A stretch of DNA of 59,650 nucleotides from Coriobacteriia bacterium (GCA_036508075.1 DATCIA010000098.1:1-59650); one strand, 5' to 3'. Numbered from the stretch's first letter, positions 18,085 to 27,429 are shown. The notes: generated by a model from the sequence alone, not told the origin. Numbers and translations: made by a program.

Positions 18085-19845
18085 GTGCCCGTGCCCCGGC
18101 TGCTCTCAGGCAACGAAGCTATCGCGCAAGGGGCGTGGGAGGCCGGTGTGCTCGTGGGCGCCGGATACCCTGGCACTCCCTCCACCGAGATCCTCGAGAA
18201 CCTCGTGCGCAAGACGGGTGTGCGGTGCGAGTGGGCACCCAACGAGAAGGTCGCTCTCGAGGTCGCCATCGGCGCGAGCCTCGCAGGCGCACGCGCGCTG
18301 GCCACGATGAAGCACGTCGGGCTCAACGTCGCCGCCGATCCCTTCATGACCGCGGCCTACACCGGCGTGGGAGGCGGCCTTGTCGTTGTCGTCGCTGACG
18401 ACCCGGGCATGCACTCCTCTCAGAACGAGCAGGACAGCCGCCGGTGGGGGCCGTTCGGCAAGGTGCCGATCCTCGAGCCGAGCGACAGCACCGAAGCCCG
18501 CGAGATGGCGCGCTTCGCATTCGGACTGTCGGAAGAGCTCGACATGCCCGTCCTGCTGCGCACCACGACGCGGCTCTCGCACGGCAAGGGCCTCGTCGAG
18601 GTCGGGGAGCGAACGGAGGCGCCTCGCGAGCGATTCCGGACCGCGGCCACCAAGTGGGTCATGATGCCCGGTGCGGCGAAGGTGCGTCGGGTCGACCTCG
18701 ACCGCAGGCTCGCCGCCGCGTCCGCATTGAGTGAGAGCTGCTCGTTCACGCTCGAGGAGATGCGCGAGACGTCACTCGGCATCATCACGTCGGGCATCCC
18801 GTTCCAGTACGTGCGCGAGGCACTCCCTGAAGCGTCGACCCTCAAGCTCGGCATGGCCTTCCCTTTGCCCGAGCAACGCATCCGAGAGTTCGCCTCAAAG
18901 GTCGATCGCCTGTGCGTGGTCGAGGAGTTGGACCCGTACCTGCGCGACGCTGTGCGGGCGATGGGTATCGAAGTCGACGAGGTCGCGCTCTCGCATGTCG
19001 GCGAGCTGAGCGCGGGGGCGGTCGCTGCCGCGTTCGGCGTTCCCGGCCCTGCGACGCGCGAGCCCATGGCGGGTCTGCCGGCCCGTCCGCCGATGCTGTG
19101 CCCGGGCTGCCCGCACCGCGGTGTGTTCCGCGCCCTTCGTGAGATGGACGCGATCGTGACCGGAGACATCGGCTGCTACTCGCTGGCGGCGCTCCCGCCG
19201 CTGGGCGCGATGCACAGCCTGGTCTGCATGGGCGCCTCGATAGGGATGGCGCACGGCTTCGCGTTGGCGGGCGACGCCCCTTCCGACCGCCCGGTGGTGG
19301 CCGTGATCGGAGACTCGACCTTCGCACACTCGGGGCTGACCGGTCTCATGGACGCGGTCTACAACCGCGGCGCCGAGACGATCGTCGTGCTCGACAACCG
19401 GATCACGGCCATGACGGGGCACCAGGACAACCCGTTCACCGGCCGCACGATGGACGGCGAGGTCGTACCGGAGATCGACATCGAGACCGTGGTCCGCGCG
19501 CTGGGCGTCACCGACGTCCGGGCGGTCGACCCCAACCTGTTCCGCCCCACCGAGAAGGCTCTGCGCGCTGCCGTCGAGCACGAGGGTGTGTCCGTGATCA
19601 TCGCCAAGGCGCCGTGCGCATTGTTGTCGCGCGAGCACCCCGACCCGTTCGCGGTGGACGAGGCGGCCTGCACCGCGTGCGGCCTGTGCGTCCGCCTGGG
19701 GTGCCCTGCGATCAGCCGCGATGCGAACAGCCGCGCCTTCATCGACGTCGAGACGTGCGTCGGCTGCCGGCAGTGCGTTCAGGTGTGCAAGTACGGAGCG
19801 ATCGTGAGAACCGGACGTTCGTGCGACATCGGGAGCGGCGTGTGA
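18085..19845 (+). CDS. iorA: indolepyruvate:ferredoxin oxidoreductase subunit alpha
   Basis: 586 aa. LSGNEAIAQGAWEAGV.., TPP region GDIGCYSL..GDSTFAHSG, two 4Fe-4S motifs CTACGLCVRLGCP and CVGCRQCVQVC. Confidence 0.9.
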   Translation: MPVPRLLSGNEAIAQGAWEAGVLVGAGYPGTPSTEILENLVRKTGVRCEWAPNEKVALEVAIGASLAGARALATMKHVGLNVAADPFMTAAYTGVGGGLVVVVADDPGMHSSQNEQDSRRWGPFGKVPILEPSDSTEAREMARFAFGLSEELDMPVLLRTTTRLSHGKGLVEVGERTEAPRERFRTAATKWVMMPGAAKVRRVDLDRRLAAASALSESCSFTLEEMRETSLGIITSGIPFQYVREALPEASTLKLGMAFPLPEQRIREFASKVDRLCVVEELDPYLRDAVRAMGIEVDEVALSHVGELSAGAVAAAFGVPGPATREPMAGLPARPPMLCPGCPHRGVFRALREMDAIVTGDIGCYSLAALPPLGAMHSLVCMGASIGMAHGFALAGDAPSDRPVVAVIGDSTFAHSGLTGLMDAVYNRGAETIVVLDNRITAMTGHQDNPFTGRTMDGEVVPEIDIETVVRALGVTDVRAVDPNLFRPTEKALRAAVEHEGVSVIIAKAPCALLSREHPDPFAVDEAACTACGLCVRLGCPAISRDANSRAFIDVETCVGCRQCVQVCKYGAIVRTGRSCDIGSGV

Positions 19846-20429
19846 ACGTCACGACAGTGATGCTGGTCGGCGTGGGCGGTCAGGGCACCATCCTGGCGGC
19901 AGACGTCTTGGCGAAGGTGGCGGCCTCGACCGGCTTGGACGTCAAGCTGTCCGAGGTCCACGGGATGTCTCAGAGAGGCGGGAGCGTCGACACGGTCGTG
20001 CGTTTCGGTGAGCGGGTCTACTCGCCGACCACGGACGTCGGCGGCGCCGACCATCTGGTCGCCTTCGAGCTCCTTGAGGCGGCGCGCTGGCTCCACTTCC
20101 TGAAGCCGGACGGCCGACTCGTGGTGAACAACCGGGTGATCGCGCCCCTGCCCGTGCTGATCGGCGAGCAGGGCGCTCCGACCGGCGTGGAGGCCGCGCT
20201 CACCTTCGAGGGAGCGGTTCTGATCGACGCCGATGAGATCGCGTGCGTGGCCGGCTCCCCACGATCGGCGAACGTGGTCCTTCTCGGCGCGATGTCCGCT
20301 GGCCTGCCGTTTCCTGCGGCCTCCTGGCGTGACGTGATCACCGCGCGGGTGCCGCCTAAGACCGTCGAAGGTAACCTGGCCGCGTTCGAGCTCGGGCGGG
20401 CCGCATGTCTGAAGGGGGAGTGTGGCTAG
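19842..20429 (+). CDS. iorB: indolepyruvate:ferredoxin oxidoreductase subunit beta
   Basis: GTG 19842 overlaps the iorA stop. MLVGVGGQGTILAADVLAKVA..EVHGMSQRGGSV. The ORF-track start 19614 lies inside iorA. Confidence 0.9.
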   Translation: MNVTTVMLVGVGGQGTILAADVLAKVAASTGLDVKLSEVHGMSQRGGSVDTVVRFGERVYSPTTDVGGADHLVAFELLEAARWLHFLKPDGRLVVNNRVIAPLPVLIGEQGAPTGVEAALTFEGAVLIDADEIACVAGSPRSANVVLLGAMSAGLPFPAASWRDVITARVPPKTVEGNLAAFELGRAACLKGECG

Positions 20430-20849
20430 GTGAGCGAAGTCATCCAGCTGTCGGTGTTCATCGCCAACGAGGCCGGTCGTGTCTCCGAGGTCACGAAGGC
20501 GCTCGGCGAGGCGGGCATAAACATCCGCGGCTTCTCCGTCTCGGACACCGCCGAGTACGGCATCCTGCGGCTGATCGTCGATCGACCCGACAAGGCGCAT
20601 GAGGTCATCAAGGCCGCCGGGTTCACCGTGAAGGAGACTGAAGTCATCTGCATCGATCTGCCGGACCACCCCGGCGGTCTCGCGTCAGTCCTGAGGATCG
20701 TCTCGGAAGCCGGCGTGAACATCGAGTACGTGTACTCACTCATCGGCACGTACGTCGTGCTCAACGTGGCCGACGTCGACAGGGCGCTGGCGCTTCTGAA
20801 GGACCGTCCGGTCCGCGTGGTCTCTCAGGAGGAGATCGCGGCCGCGTAG
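20430..20849 (+). CDS. ACT domain-containing protein (paralog 2, follows iorAB)
   Basis: 139 aa. Starts the nucleotide after the iorB stop. Paralog of 5302..5742. Confidence 0.85.
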   Translation: MSEVIQLSVFIANEAGRVSEVTKALGEAGINIRGFSVSDTAEYGILRLIVDRPDKAHEVIKAAGFTVKETEVICIDLPDHPGGLASVLRIVSEAGVNIEYVYSLIGTYVVLNVADVDRALALLKDRPVRVVSQEEIAAA

Positions 20850-21281
20850 GGAAGGCCGCACCGGCGGCGACGAGCCGATGTGCCGGTCGGAGGTGCGGAC
20901 CGCACATCGATGCTGACCATTTCCTGGAAGGGATCTTCGGCCCGATGACCGGCGAGGCCCTGCCGGAGGGGGAGGGGGCTGCCGTTCACCTCGTTCTCGC
21001 GAAGGACGCTCGCCGTGAGGCTGCGCGCTGCGCACCGGCTGGAGGTCCGAGTCGAGGTGGCCGAACAGATCTTCTCGGATGCGATGGCGGATATGGTCGC
21101 GTTCACGGGGAATGTATCGGATAGACTGAACCACGTGCCCGGGCTGAGCGTGAAAGGTGACGCGGGTGGAGCCCGGGACGGTCGAGCAGATGGCCGGCAA
21201 AGGCGCGGCGCGTGATCGGCAACCGCTCGACGGAGTAGCATCGCGCAGGGGGACTGCGCACGGCGAGGGGGCCGAACGGAC

Positions 21282-21698
21282 ATGGATGGCGAAAACGGTA
21301 CGAGTCCGGGACCCGGTGTGCGCGTTCTGAGGCAGGTGGTTCCCTGGGCGGCGCTCGCGGTGCTTGTCGTCACGCTCCTGGTGATCTGGTCGGGATTCAA
21401 CGCTTCGCTGCGAAGGACCGCGACATCGGCTCCGGCCGGCGGCTCGGTCGTGGCCACGCCCACGGCGGAGAGCAGCGCCACGACGGTGCCGACCAACACC
21501 GTGGCCGTCACGCGTGTGGCCGGGGTGAAGATACTGTCGGCAGCCAGCTCTGGGGCCAAGGTACTGATGACCGTGAAGAAGGGTGTGACGCTCCAGGTGC
21601 TCCAGCGGACCGACGCGTGGCTTCGCGTCAGGGAGCCTGACGGGCTTGAGGGCTGGATCGCGAACTCATCGAAGGCCGTCACGGTCCGCAAGAAGTAG
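21282..21698 (+). CDS. membrane-anchored SH3b-domain protein
   Basis: TM WAALAVLVVTLLVIW, an S/T/A linker, then SH3b-like VKILSAASSGAKVLMTVKKGVTLQVLQRTDAWLRVREPDGLEGWI. Confidence 0.75.
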   Translation: MDGENGTSPGPGVRVLRQVVPWAALAVLVVTLLVIWSGFNASLRRTATSAPAGGSVVATPTAESSATTVPTNTVAVTRVAGVKILSAASSGAKVLMTVKKGVTLQVLQRTDAWLRVREPDGLEGWIANSSKAVTVRKK

Positions 21699-21721
21699 CC
21701 GGCAGCCGAGGAGCGTACGGG

Positions 21722-22030
21722 ATGGCCAATGGGATCGGTGCCGCGGGCGACTTTTACCGCGTGCGGACCATGCATTTCGACACGATCGACAGCACCGACT
21801 TCGAATGGCGCGAGGACATCTTGTACCGGCGTCCCGAGACCGCGGATCCCGCGGAGGGCGAGCTGTACAAGGTGGAGGCCGTCGCGCTCGACGACGACGA
21901 GAACGTCACGGTGCTCGGGGTGTTCGAGGGAGCGGACGACGCGCACGAGGCGAACAACGCGGCGACCGCCGATCTGACGGCCCTGACGCGCTCGGAGTTC
22001 GAAGAGCGCTACTTCCCGGCGGGGTCCTAG
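21722..22030 (+). CDS. hypothetical acidic 102-aa protein
   Basis: ATG 21722 is 8 nt after GAGGAG (21708-21713). Normal D/E/F/Y-containing composition. No motif recognised. Confidence 0.6.
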   Translation: MANGIGAAGDFYRVRTMHFDTIDSTDFEWREDILYRRPETADPAEGELYKVEAVALDDDENVTVLGVFEGADDAHEANNAATADLTALTRSEFEERYFPAGS

Positions 22031-22150
22031 GAGCCGCAGCGCTTAGGGGGTCCACAAGGGCTCTTGGCTGGTGTTCCTGTCCGGGGGATGGGGCCCGTGG
22101 AAGCCGACTTTACATAAGATGTATTATCAGGCGTAGACTGTACGAGGGCG

Positions 22151-22190
22151 CGAGCGTTGAGGGGGCTCCCTCGCGCTCGTTTCGTCTTTC
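22151..22190 (+). terminator. intrinsic-terminator-like hairpin plus T-tract
   Basis: CGAGCG-tt-GAGGG-ggct-CCCTC-g-CGCTCG followed by TTTCGTCTTTC. Sits immediately downstream of an AT-rich promoter-like island. Confidence 0.4.
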
Positions 22191-22293
22191 GGGACGCGTG
22201 ACCCACACCCGCGCCATGCCGACCGAACGATCTGAGCATCAACACGGAGTGTCCCGCACGTGCGCGATGCACGGATCGCTGAGCGTGAAACCT

Positions 22294-22337
22294 GATCGGC
22301 CCCGGGCCGCGGTCTTTGCCGCAGTCCGGGGCCGATC
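22294..22337. terminator. strong hairpin in convergent intergenic region (bidirectional terminator candidate)
   Basis: Perfect 12-bp arms GATCGGCCCCGG / CCGGGGCCGATC (22294-22305, 22326-22337) with an inner 4-bp stem, followed by TCTTTGGTTTC. Confidence 0.55.
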
Positions 22338-22391
22338 TTTGGTTTCAAAGCGCGCCGCGTCGGCCGCCGCGCGTCTTTGCCCTGTGGGGTC

Positions 22392-23726
22392 CTACTTGGA
22401 GGACTCGTCCTGGAGCGCTCCTGTGAAGTCCGGAGAATCGACCGCGAGGCCCTCGGACTCCTTCGGCAGGATCAGGTTCAGGATGATGCCGATGAAGGTC
22501 GCAAGCGCCATGCCCGGGACCGAGTACTTGCCGAGCGGGATCGAGAATCCGCCCGTCTCCATGCCGATGCCGATGACCAGGACCACGGATGACATGATCA
22601 GGTTCCGGCTGTGGCTGTAGTCGATGCCCGACTTGACGAGCAGGCGCAGGCCGCTGGACGCGATGAGGCCGAACAGCAGGAGCGAGATACCGCCCATTAC
22701 CGGCGTCGGGATCGAGCTGATGGCCGCGCCGAACTTGGGGATGAAGCCGCCGATGATGAACGCGAACGCCCCCGCGTACCAGAAGAGTTGGGTCGCGTAG
22801 ACCTTCGTGACGGCCATGACGCCGATGTTCTCGGCGTACGTGGTGGACGGCGTGCCGCCCAGGGCGCCGGAGATGGCCGTGGCGATACCGTCGCCGAACA
22901 GCGACTCAGGCAGCATCGGCGTGAAGTCCTTGCCGGTGATCTCGTTGATCACGAGCAGGTGGCCGATGTGCTCGACGATGACGACGATCGCGACCGGAGC
23001 GATGATAGCGATGGCCGTGATGTCGAAGCGCGGGAACGTGACGTTCGGAAGGCCGATCCAGGCCGCACTGGCGATGCCGGAGAAGTCGACGAGGCCGAAC
23101 GCGATCGAGACCACGTAGCCGACGATGATGCCCATCAGGACCGGGATCGTCTTCAGGAAGCCCTTGAAGTACGAGCTGAACGCAACGGCCGAAGCCAGGG
23201 TGATGAAGGCGACCAGAAGACCGGTCAGGTTGATGCCCTTGGTCGGGTCGGCGAACGGGAACATCGCCATCTTCACGGCTGTGGCCGACAGGCCGAGGCC
23301 GATCACGATGACGACCGCGCCGACGAGCGCCGGCGGCAGGAGCTTGGTGATCCAGCCCGTGCCGAACATCTTCACGAAGCCGGCCACGATCATGTAGACG
23401 AAGCCTGCCGCGACCAGGCCGCCGAGCGCCTCGGGCAGGTGACCGGTGCCTCCCGCGATGGCCGCTGCGCCGCCGCCTACGGCGATCAGCGGGCCGATGA
23501 AGGCGAAGCTGGAGCCCAGGTAGCTCGGGATCTTGTTGCGGGTGCAGATCAGATACAGGATCGTGCCGATGCCGGACGTCATGAGGCCGACGCCGGGGTC
23601 GAGACCGGTCAGGATCGGCACGAGCACGGTCGCGCCGAACATGGCCATCAGGTGCTGCAGCGACAGAGGGATCGCCTGCAGGATGGGCAGCGTTTCGTCG
23701 GTCTGGATCACTCGATCGAATGCCAC
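22392..23726 (-). CDS. uracil/xanthine permease (NCS2/NAT family, UraA/PyrP-like)
   Basis: 444 aa, about 12-14 TM. N-terminus ..LPILQAIPLSLQHLMAMFGATVLVPILTG is typical of UraA-type permeases. Confidence 0.9.
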   Translation of the reverse strand: MAFDRVIQTDETLPILQAIPLSLQHLMAMFGATVLVPILTGLDPGVGLMTSGIGTILYLICTRNKIPSYLGSSFAFIGPLIAVGGGAAAIAGGTGHLPEALGGLVAAGFVYMIVAGFVKMFGTGWITKLLPPALVGAVVIVIGLGLSATAVKMAMFPFADPTKGINLTGLLVAFITLASAVAFSSYFKGFLKTIPVLMGIIVGYVVSIAFGLVDFSGIASAAWIGLPNVTFPRFDITAIAIIAPVAIVVIVEHIGHLLVINEITGKDFTPMLPESLFGDGIATAISGALGGTPSTTYAENIGVMAVTKVYATQLFWYAGAFAFIIGGFIPKFGAAISSIPTPVMGGISLLLFGLIASSGLRLLVKSGIDYSHSRNLIMSSVVLVIGIGMETGGFSIPLGKYSVPGMALATFIGIILNLILPKESEGLAVDSPDFTGALQDESSK

Positions 23727-23762
23727 GTTACTCTCCCACCTCCCGTTCTTGTGTCGTGTGGA

Positions 23763-23790
23763 GCGGCCCCGGGGAGATCCCCGGGGCCGC
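23763..23790 (-). terminator. perfect 12-bp GC hairpin between the two permease genes
   Basis: GCGGCCCCGGGG-agat-CCCCGGGGCCGC, 15 nt downstream of the 23805 stop. No U-tract. Confidence 0.5.
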
Positions 23791-23804
23791 CGTTGCGCGT
23801 GTGT

Positions 23805-25193
23805 CTAGACGCCGACGAGCTTCTGGATCAGCGGCATGATGAAGGTGACCACGAACAGAGCGCTGACGACCCACATGAGCCAGTGGATCTCCTTGGCCTT
23901 GCCGTGGAAGAGCTTGATCAGCACGAAGCTGATGAAGCCGAGGCCGATGCCGTAGCTGATGTTGTAGGTCAGCGGGATGCCCACGATCGTCAGGAACGCC
24001 GGGAAGGCGTTCTCGAAGTCCGTCCAGGGGATCTCGCGGACGGTGGACATCATCAGGAAGCCGACGATGACCAGAGCGCCTGCGGTGATCGGGGTGGCGC
24101 CACCGACCATCGCGATGATCGGCGAGAAGAACGCGGCGATCAGGAACAGTACGCCGGTGACGATCGAGGTCAGGCCGGTGCGGCCGCCCTCCGCTACGCC
24201 CGAGGCGGACTCGATATAGGTGGTGATCGAGCTGGCGCCGAAGAACCCGCCGACGGCGGCGGCGATCGAGTCGACGGTCAGGATGCTGCGGATGCCGGGG
24301 ATCTGGCCCTTCTCATCCACGAAGCCCGCCTGCTCGCCGATCGAGATGACGGTGCCCATGGTGTCGAAAAAGTCGGACAGCATGGTGGCGAAGACGAACA
24401 GCAGCAGCGTGGGCGCCAGCGCACTGGTGAACAGCTGCATGACGGCCATGCCGGACGTGCCGTCGGCCAGGGCCACTGTCTGGAACGGCGCCGCGAACGT
24501 GCGGAAGTCCAGTGCGGCCACGATGCCGGTCGGGAGCTTGGTGACGCCCAGCAGCAGCGCCGCCGCGGTGGCGACCAGGATGCCCCACAGGATGTCGCCC
24601 TTAACCTTGAACGCCATGAACGCCATGATCGCGACGAGGCCGATCAGGGTGACCCAGACCTCAGGCTTGGTGAAGTCGCCCAGGGCGACCAGCGTCGCGG
24701 GGTTCCCGACGACGATCTTGCCGTCGACGAGCCCGATGAACGTGATGAACAGGCCGATGCCGACGCCGATGGCCCGCTTCAGGTTCAGCGGGATGGCGTT
24801 CATGACCGCTTCGCGCAGGCCCGTGAGGACCAGCAGGAGGATCACGAGGCCCTCGACGAAGATCACGGACATGCCGACCTGCCACGGGACCTTCAGGCCG
24901 ATGATGATGCTGAAGGCGACGACGGCGTTCAGGCCCATGCCCGAAGCCAGCGCGAACGGGCGGTTCGCGAACAGGCCCATGACGATGCACATCAGGGCCG
25001 CGCCGAGCGTCGTGGCCGTCGCCAGCGCGGGGATCCACGCTGCGCCGGCTTCAGGTGTCGCGCCGAACGCGGCGGATAACAGCCCCGGGTTCACGAAGAT
25101 GATGTACGCCATCGTCATGAACGTGACGACGCCTGCAAGGACCTCCGTGCGGAGGTTCGTGCCGCGCTCCTCGAACTTGAAGAACTTCTCCAT
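23805..25193 (-). CDS. AzgA-type NCS2 purine (adenine/guanine/hypoxanthine) permease
   Basis: ORF 23805..25451 trimmed to ATG 25193. MEKFFKFEERGTNLRTEVLAGVVTFMTMAYIIFVNP is the canonical PbuG/PurP-type N-terminus. Confidence 0.9.
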   Translation of the reverse strand: MEKFFKFEERGTNLRTEVLAGVVTFMTMAYIIFVNPGLLSAAFGATPEAGAAWIPALATATTLGAALMCIVMGLFANRPFALASGMGLNAVVAFSIIIGLKVPWQVGMSVIFVEGLVILLLVLTGLREAVMNAIPLNLKRAIGVGIGLFITFIGLVDGKIVVGNPATLVALGDFTKPEVWVTLIGLVAIMAFMAFKVKGDILWGILVATAAALLLGVTKLPTGIVAALDFRTFAAPFQTVALADGTSGMAVMQLFTSALAPTLLLFVFATMLSDFFDTMGTVISIGEQAGFVDEKGQIPGIRSILTVDSIAAAVGGFFGASSITTYIESASGVAEGGRTGLTSIVTGVLFLIAAFFSPIIAMVGGATPITAGALVIVGFLMMSTVREIPWTDFENAFPAFLTIVGIPLTYNISYGIGLGFISFVLIKLFHGKAKEIHWLMWVVSALFVVTFIMPLIQKLVGV

Positions 25194-25344
25194 CTGACCA
25201 GCCTTCCTCTTCCCGGAATACATATGCCGCACGACTTCGCTCCTGATGTCGCGCTCCTGCCCCTGGCTTCGAGCCCTCCCTCCCGCTGGGCCGACCGGCG
25301 TGTGTCCTACGTACGTATTATGTAAACCTACTACTCCGGACCCC

Positions 25345-25890
25345 TCAGTCAGCCTCTGAGGCGGTCCCGGTGTTCGTCGAACCCGCATCTGCCGTCCAGA
25401 GCGCGCCGAGATAGCGCGCGGGGATGCCGAAATCGTCGAGCGAGGCGTCATAGAGCGCCTGAGCCATGGGTGGGCGCAGGTCGAGAGTGGTGAGGTCGCG
25501 CGGGTCGACGGCCTCGATACTCACGATCGCCGGATCCTGCGGGTGCGCGGCCAACTCGCCACCGACCACGCTCGCGACGAAGGTCAGCTGCACCATGTGG
25601 CGGCCACCGTCGGGGTCGATCGAATCGGAGATGAAGAGCGGAGCGGCGACGCTGCACTCGAGCCCGGTCTCCTCAAGCACCTCGCGGCGCAGGGCATCCT
25701 CGACGCTCTCCCCCGCCTCGACGCCGCCGCCCGGGAGCAGATGGTAGGCGATCCCGTCCTTGGCGTGTCGGACGAGCACGATGCCGCCCTGGTACGGGAG
25801 CACTGCCGCGACGCGCAGTCGGGGCCTAGAAGCCGGTGCTGCCAAAGCCGCCCTCCCCACGAACCGTCGGGTCCAGCGTGTCGACTTCAC
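25345..25890 (-). CDS. NUDIX hydrolase
   Basis: Nudix box [23 protein letters not shown]. Start uncertain: GTG 25890, GTG 25860 or TTG 25845, all overlapping the dut 3' end. Confidence 0.8.
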   Translation of the reverse strand: MKSTRWTRRFVGRAALAAPASRPRLRVAAVLPYQGGIVLVRHAKDGIAYHLLPGGGVEAGESVEDALRREVLEETGLECSVAAPLFISDSIDPDGGRHMVQLTFVASVVGGELAAHPQDPAIVSIEAVDPRDLTTLDLRPPMAQALYDASLDDFGIPARYLGALWTADAGSTNTGTASEAD

Positions 25891-26257
25891 GAACGTCTGC
25901 TCGCGCGACAGGCTGGATCACCAGCTGGGCGATGCGGTCGCCCCGTCGGATCTCGATCGGGGTGGAAACATCGAGGTTGATCGCGATGACCTTGATCTCA
26001 CCGCGGTAGTGGCTGTCGATGAGCCCCGGGGAGTTCACGAGCGAGAGGCCGCTACGGGCAGCGAGCCCGCTGCGTGGCAGAACGAAGCCGGCGTGGCCCT
26101 CCGGTATCGCCACGGCGATGCCCGTTGGGACCAGGGCACGCTCGAAGGACGCCAGCGTCACGTCGGCGGCCGCATACAGGTCGAGCCCGGCGTCGCCGTC
26201 GTGCGCGTACGACGGGAGCGGCAGCCCGGTGTCGAGTCTGGTGACGGGAAGGCGCAT
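25826..26257 (-). CDS. dut: dUTP diphosphatase
   Basis: 143 aa. [33 protein letters not shown] motifs. Confidence 0.95.
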   Translation of the reverse strand: MRLPVTRLDTGLPLPSYAHDGDAGLDLYAAADVTLASFERALVPTGIAVAIPEGHAGFVLPRSGLAARSGLSLVNSPGLIDSHYRGEIKVIAINLDVSTPIEIRRGDRIAQLVIQPVARADVREVDTLDPTVRGEGGFGSTGF

Positions 26258-26260
26258 CGG

Positions 26261-26986
26261 TCAGTCGTCCCCGATCGTCAGGCCGCGCGGGGAGGTGGGC
26301 AGGAACCGGCTGCACGCGTGCGCAGCGGCCCGGAGCACGTCTTCCTCGTAGGGCACGGCGGGTCCGCCGGGGACCGGTCGGTACTGCTGCAGGACGTAGA
26401 GCCGCCCGCCGCGCAAGGTACGCGCGATGCGCGGCAGTTCCTCGGGATCGACGATCCCCGGGACGACGGTGGTGCGGAACTCGTGTTCGATGTCGGAGGC
26501 TATGAGCATGTCGGCGCACTCGGCGACCCGTGCGGCCATGTCACGCTCGTCGGAGACCTCGCGATAGCGGGCCGGCACGGCCTTGATGTCGAGCGCGACG
26601 CTGTCGCACAGGCTCTCGGCCAGGAGGTGGAACAGGACGTCGGGACGAGACCCGTTGGTGTCCAGCCGGACGGCGACGCCCAGCTCCTTCAGCGCGGCCA
26701 GCAGCGAGGGAAGGTCGGGGTCCTCGGTGGGTTCGCCTCCGGTGACCACGACGCCGTCCAGCATGTCGCGGTGCGTGTCCAGATGCGCGACGACTTCGTT
26801 CCAGTCGACGCGCTCGCCTTCCGGCATGCGAAGAGCGCTCGCCGAGCAGTACGGGCAGTGGAACGAGCAGCCGCTCAATCGCAGCGAGGTGGCAACGTGC
26901 CCGGGCCATTCGCGCATCGTCGTCGCGCGCCAGGTCGCGAGCCGTCGTGTGGGGGCCTGATGGGCCGGCAGGGCCTGCTGGGTCAC
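26261..26986 (-). CDS. radical-SAM activase, anaerobic ribonucleotide reductase activating protein family (NrdG-type)
   Basis: WPGHVATSLRLSGCSFHCPYC (CxxxCxxC), VVVTGGEP, DTNG. GTGA overlap with the nrdR stop. No nrdD in this window. Confidence 0.8.
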   Translation of the reverse strand: MTQQALPAHQAPTRRLATWRATTMREWPGHVATSLRLSGCSFHCPYCSASALRMPEGERVDWNEVVAHLDTHRDMLDGVVVTGGEPTEDPDLPSLLAALKELGVAVRLDTNGSRPDVLFHLLAESLCDSVALDIKAVPARYREVSDERDMAARVAECADMLIASDIEHEFRTTVVPGIVDPEELPRIARTLRGGRLYVLQQYRPVPGGPAVPYEEDVLRAAAHACSRFLPTSPRGLTIGDD

Positions 26987-27429
26987 TTCAGCCCCTTGAG
27001 CTCGCGGGTGAACTCGTCGAGGTCCTTGAACTCTTTGTAGACGGAAGCGAAGCGCACGTAGGCGACCCGGTCGAGCGCCTTGAGGTGCTCCAGGACGAGA
27101 TCACCGAGCTGCTTCGCGTGGATCTCATAGCGGAAGGAGTCGTGGAGGTCGGCCTCGACGGCGTCGATGAGTTCCTCGAGCTGCTGCGAACTCACGTCGC
27201 GCTTGACGGTGGCGAACGTGAGGCCTCTCAGGAGCTTGCCGCGATCGAAGGGTTCGCGGCGACCGTCCTTCTTGATGACCATAAGCGGCATCTCTTCGAC
27301 CCGCTCGTAGGTGGTGAAGCGCTGTTCGCAGACGAGGCACTCGCGACGACGACGGATCGCATCCTGGGACTCGGAGACGCGGGAATCGACCACCTTCGTC
27401 TCGTCGTGACCGCAGAACGGGCACTTCAT
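26983..27429 (-). CDS. nrdR: transcriptional repressor NrdR
   Basis: ORF trimmed to ATG 27429. MKCPFCGHDETKVVDSR...CLVCEQRFTTYE zinc ribbon plus ATP-cone. Confidence 0.95.
   Translation of the reverse strand: MKCPFCGHDETKVVDSRVSESQDAIRRRRECLVCEQRFTTYERVEEMPLMVIKKDGRREPFDRGKLLRGLTFATVKRDVSSQQLEELIDAVEADLHDSFRYEIHAKQLGDLVLEHLKALDRVAYVRFASVYKEFKDLDEFTRELKGLK

Noticed and set aside
20825-21946. 373-aa minus-strand ORF spanning the SH3b gene, and the smaller ORFs 20736..21200(-) and 21015..21215(+) in the gap upstream of it.
   Set aside because: The long ORF shares third-codon positions with the SH3b gene, making it a classic shadow. In the gap, both candidate frames have second-position GC near 70% by hand count and S/T/R/A-rich products, so there is no coding signature.
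25194-25344. Purine (guanine/adenine) riboswitch upstream of the purine permease.
   Set aside because: No UAUAAUCGCGUGGAUAUGGCACGCAAGUUUCUACCGGGCACCGUAAAUGUCCGACUAUG-like core. The loops and the junction nucleotides are absent.
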